DNA from: a virus
Taxonomy: Duplodnaviria; Heunggongvirae; Uroviricota; Caudoviricetes
IMG/VR virus record: IMGVR_UViG_3300026382_000013
Span: 1 to 17,330 of that record
Strand: one strand, 5' to 3'
Length of the DNA: 17,330 nucleotides
Made by a program: the position numbers and the translations under genes. Positions 15,159-17,330 of the stretch are shown here, one piece after another; the first letter of the stretch is position 1; every line of letters starts with the position of its first letter. The notes under the pieces are model-generated. The model saw only the letters and a program-made list of their open reading frames with translations. It made no database searches and was not told the origin of the DNA.

Positions 15159-15309
15159 TTTTTTTAAAGATATAGGTACAACATTAGCTGTATCCTTAGG
15201 TCTTATTATATTAGGAGCTATAGCTATAGTGACTCAAGCTATTATTTTTTTACTTATACCAATAGGTATATACTATGCTATAAAATTTTTACGTGAAGTT
15301 ACAAGTTAG
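15151..15309 (+). CDS. Small membrane protein (52 aa, MFNFFKDIGTTLAVSLGLIILGAIAIVTQAIIFLLIPIGIYYAIKFLREVTS)
   Basis: The track starts at 15037, but the ATG at 15151 has an AAGGAG SD and overlaps the previous stop by 8 nt. Confidence 0.75.
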   Translation: MFNFFKDIGTTLAVSLGLIILGAIAIVTQAIIFLLIPIGIYYAIKFLREVTS

Positions 15310-16057
15310 TGAGGATATAGCTCCATATTATTTTGGGGTTATACTACTATTCGGTTGGATTAGCCCTATATTAATTGGAGTTGTATTTATTACATTTCTA
15401 TTCCATATTTTTTATAGGCTATCTAAAGAAGATTTTACAGAGTACTACGTACCTTCTAAAGTAACAAAGGTATCCATAAACATAGAAGAAAAACAAGCTT
15501 ACATGAAATCTAAAAAGTGGTATATTACACGAATTGCTGTGCTTAAACGAGATAATTACGAATGTTATATATGTTCTAAGCAAGTACCCTTAGAGGTACA
15601 CCATCTTACATATAAGCATATTTACAATGAGCCATTAGAAGATTTAGTATCGTTATGTAGACGTTGTCATCAAGCACAACATAATCACTATGGCTATAAA
15701 TATACAACAAATTATATAAAATTAGTAGGGGACAAATTTATGACTGAACGATTTAAACAATTGCACCATCTAATAGGTAAAACTATCACTATGGAAGGTA
15801 TCATACAAAAATACGGTATGAATGTTGGAACAAAGGAAAGAACTGTATGTTTTAAAGATGTACTTATAGATGGTATACATATAGACCACATATGGGTAAA
15901 TTATTCACTTTATTACCCACAAGGTACAAAGCAAACTGTTAAGGCTAAAGTATTACTTAGAAATAGACCCAATGACAATGTATTTAATACTGAACCTAAA
16001 AAAGATATACAAATAATTATTAAGGATAAACATGATAATCACAAACATCAAAACTAA
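15293..16057 (+). CDS. HNH endonuclease with N-terminal transmembrane segment and a separate C-terminal domain
   Basis: YMKSKKW...VLKRDNYECYICSKQVPLEVHHLTY...EPLEDLVSLCRRCHQAQH is a zinc-binding CxxC-HH-CxxCH HNH fold. Residues about 12-42 are hydrophobic. The GTG start is uncertain. Confidence 0.8.
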   Translation: MKLQVSEDIAPYYFGVILLFGWISPILIGVVFITFLFHIFYRLSKEDFTEYYVPSKVTKVSINIEEKQAYMKSKKWYITRIAVLKRDNYECYICSKQVPLEVHHLTYKHIYNEPLEDLVSLCRRCHQAQHNHYGYKYTTNYIKLVGDKFMTERFKQLHHLIGKTITMEGIIQKYGMNVGTKERTVCFKDVLIDGIHIDHIWVNYSLYYPQGTKQTVKAKVLLRNRPNDNVFNTEPKKDIQIIIKDKHDNHKHQN

Positions 16058-16169
16058 ACTATCTAAAATTATAGATATGATTAACTACTCTATTAAAGAT
16101 AGAGTAGCTATTTATAAATTTTATAGCAAACATAAAGATTATACAATTCAACCGTATTTAGGAGAATAA
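16032..16169 (+). CDS. Small basic protein, 45 aa (MIITNIKTKLSKIIDMINYSIKDRVAIYKFYSKHKDYTIQPYLGE)
   Basis: Not in the track. TAAGGA SD at 16021-16026; fills the gap exactly, with its stop 1 nt before the next ATG. Confidence 0.6.
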   Translation: MIITNIKTKLSKIIDMINYSIKDRVAIYKFYSKHKDYTIQPYLGE

Positions 16170-16170
16170 T

Positions 16171-16386
16171 ATGACACAAGATCAATTACTTACAGATTAC
16201 TTTACATCTACTGACAAACTTACTGTTAATGCTAGAGAACTACAACAAGTGCTCAAAAATAATGCTAAAATGCAAAGAGAACTAGAAGTTATGGGCACTA
16301 AATTAGATATGACTAATATGTTATTAGAACGTGCTAAGGCTAAAATGATTGAGTATGAGACAGTTAAATTGGATGTAGTAGTATGA
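16171..16386 (+). CDS. Hypothetical coiled-coil protein (71 aa)
   Basis: AGGAG SD; ATGA-type overlap with the next gene. Confidence 0.75.
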   Translation: MTQDQLLTDYFTSTDKLTVNARELQQVLKNNAKMQRELEVMGTKLDMTNMLLERAKAKMIEYETVKLDVVV

Positions 16387-16847
16387 ACCATTTAATTAAT
16401 ATAACTCATTTACGAACATTATTAGATCCATATGAGGCACAAAGTTTAATGGATAAACTTTTACGTGAGAATACATATACAACGTCTAAAGTGCATACAT
16501 ATAGAGTTAATAACAAATATTATAAGTCTAAAGTACTTAGAAACGTATATTTATATGAAGCTATTACAACACTTACAAATATCACAACAAGTAAACGATC
16601 TTGGGATAAAGAACTTATGGTACTAAGTACATTAGCTAATGAATATAATTTAAAAAGTATTTTACCAAACACAACAGATACTTGGGATAAAGTTATTTAT
16701 AAACAAATTAGCTATCAAATACTAAAACCAAGATACCCACGTAAAACTAAAAAAGACAAAGAAGCATTCCTTAAAAAATGGAATAGACATACATACAGTT
16801 TATGGCAAGCTGCCGCTATAAAGGTAGGAAAAGATGAGTTACTTTAA
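16383..16847 (+). CDS. Hypothetical basic protein (154 aa)
   Basis: Translationally coupled to the upstream gene; Lys/Tyr-rich. Confidence 0.7.
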   Translation: MNHLINITHLRTLLDPYEAQSLMDKLLRENTYTTSKVHTYRVNNKYYKSKVLRNVYLYEAITTLTNITTSKRSWDKELMVLSTLANEYNLKSILPNTTDTWDKVIYKQISYQILKPRYPRKTKKDKEAFLKKWNRHTYSLWQAAAIKVGKDELL

Positions 16848-16953
16848 ACAAAAATTAAAAAAATTAAAATGGTTATTACATTACTACATGGAGGAATTGG
16901 CAGTAATACTCATATTTATTTATATAATAGGATTTGGTTATATTGTTAGTTAA
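16834..16953 (+). CDS. Small membrane protein, 39 aa (MSYFKQKLKKLKWLLHYYMEELAVILIFIYIIGFGYIVS)
   Basis: Not in the track. GGTAGGA SD; basic N-terminus and one C-terminal TM helix. Confidence 0.6.
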   Translation: MSYFKQKLKKLKWLLHYYMEELAVILIFIYIIGFGYIVS

Positions 16954-16969
16954 ATTTTGGAAAATACCT

Positions 16970-17233
16970 ATGCTTAAGTTATTACTATTGTTTTTAACAA
17001 CTATTTCGTTACATGCTACAGTATGGGATTTGCACACAAATAACTACTTAGGTAAAATAATAATATCTAATGAAGATACCGTTATAACTAGTAAGCAAAA
17101 CAGCATACTCCAAGTACTCCCTAGAAATATATCAGTTATTAAGTGTGAAACACAACAATGTAGAGATGAAGTAATCAGTAGTTTTAAAAGATTATATAGA
17201 ACTAATGGGATAACGATTATAAAAGTACAATAA
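16970..17233 (+). CDS. Putative secreted protein (87 aa) with Sec signal peptide
   Basis: The ATG at 16970 gives MLKLLLLFLTTISLHA/T, a typical signal peptide. The track start at 16934 overlaps the previous small ORF. Confidence 0.65.
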   Translation: MLKLLLLFLTTISLHATVWDLHTNNYLGKIIISNEDTVITSKQNSILQVLPRNISVIKCETQQCRDEVISSFKRLYRTNGITIIKVQ

Positions 17234-17285
17234 TAGTTGATTTACATAATTAACGACATTTACTATGCATACAAAGGGTTAAATT

Positions 17286-17330
17286 ATGATAACACAAAAA
17301 GATTTAGATGACTTAAGACAAGATAAATTA
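17286..17330 (+). CDS. 5' end of a hypothetical gene (MITQKDLDDLRQDKL...)
   Basis: AAAGGG SD upstream; open to the window end. Confidence 0.5.
   Translation, partial: MITQKDLDDLRQDKL

Noticed and set aside
12202-16391. Minus-strand ORFs at 12202, 13051, 14267 and 16197
   Set aside because: They are antisense to SD-led plus-strand genes, including the RNAP, and have no independent support.
1-17330. Stop-codon reassignment, tRNA/rRNA genes, integrase or IS elements
   Set aside because: Long genes translate cleanly in the standard code with TAA/TAG stops at coupled junctions. No cloverleaf, rRNA, recombinase or transposase motif was recognised.

Overview
This window is a gene-dense, AT-rich piece of a tailed dsDNA phage genome with N4-like (Schitoviridae-related) architecture. 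It spans the junction between the late structural/packaging arm and a divergent early/middle arm. The left arm (1-8107, all minus strand) runs N4 gp69-like protein (putative TerS), N4 gp68-like TerL, N4 gp67-like virion adaptor, an 833-aa modular tail fibre, a fibre assembly-type protein, a head-spike/LamG protein with its small partner, and a partial gp53-like fibre protein. The right arm (8362-17330) is nearly all plus strand and carries many small hypotheticals and membrane proteins, a membrane-anchored HNH nuclease, and a compact 592-aa single-chain T7/N4-RNAPII-family RNA polymerase with all catalytic motifs recognisable. A five-copy intergenic motif, ACCTTCTATTTAATATGGTA, sits in front of plus-strand genes and is the best candidate for this polymerase's promoter. 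One counter-oriented gene, a ParB-NTD/HTH protein, has a perfect TTGACA-N17-TATAAT host promoter. Beside that promoter lie a 38-bp nested perfect palindrome, a heptamer tandem array and paired dyad operators, which suggests a ParB-based partition or lysis/lysogeny switch. All family assignments come from motif recognition by eye, with no database search. The host cannot be determined from the sequence.
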